A stretch of 45,790 bases of DNA from a virus (taxonomy: Duplodnaviria; Caudoviricetes): the IMG/VR virus record IMGVR_UViG_3300012942_000069, positions 1-45,790 of that record. The stretch is one strand, 5' to 3'. Each line of letters begins with the position of its first letter. Within the stretch, counting starts at the first letter, position 1. The position numbers were made by a program, and so were the translations under genes. The notes beneath the pieces were generated by a model, which did no database searches, was not told the origin of the DNA, and worked only from the letters and a program-made list of their open reading frames with translations. Shown here piece by piece: positions 45,767 through 45,790 of the stretch.

Positions 45767-45790
45767 GGGACATCCTCGTAAAGACAAAAA

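Noticed and set aside
1-45790. Genome-wide stop-codon reassignment
   Set aside because: Core genes are full length under the standard code, and TGA, TAG and TAA all end genes at expected positions.

Overview
A 45.8 kb segment of a GC-rich, phiKZ-like nucleus-forming jumbo phage (Chimalliviridae). Family assignments come from motif recognition and recalled phiKZ/SPN3US gene order; no database search was run. Left part: the conserved replication/transcription block, comprising a family-B DNA polymerase subunit (gp50-like), a gp52-like gene, chimallin and the non-virion RNA polymerase beta'-type subunit (gp55/56.1-like). That subunit is interrupted by two group I introns, and the catalytic NADFDG|D motif is only rebuilt by splicing; intron 2 carries an HNH homing endonuclease. 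Middle: small accessory genes, two free-standing HNH-type endonuclease genes, and an RNA cluster containing tRNA-Thr(UGU), an atypical tRNA with a UCA (opal) anticodon, a circularly permuted tRNA-like RNA (YrlA/Y-RNA-like) and further structured RNA. Two large paralogous proteins follow, with S/A/G-x-E protease-type sites, one of them fused to a CYTH domain, and then a ~1 kb non-coding region. Right part: a gp32-like gene, large terminase, gp26/27/28-like virion genes, tail sheath and tube, a MazG-containing multi-domain gene, and DUF3307/DUF488/MazG-like genes. Long GCATA...TATGC-flanked palindromes punctuate the window. No PhuZ tubulin gene is visible here.
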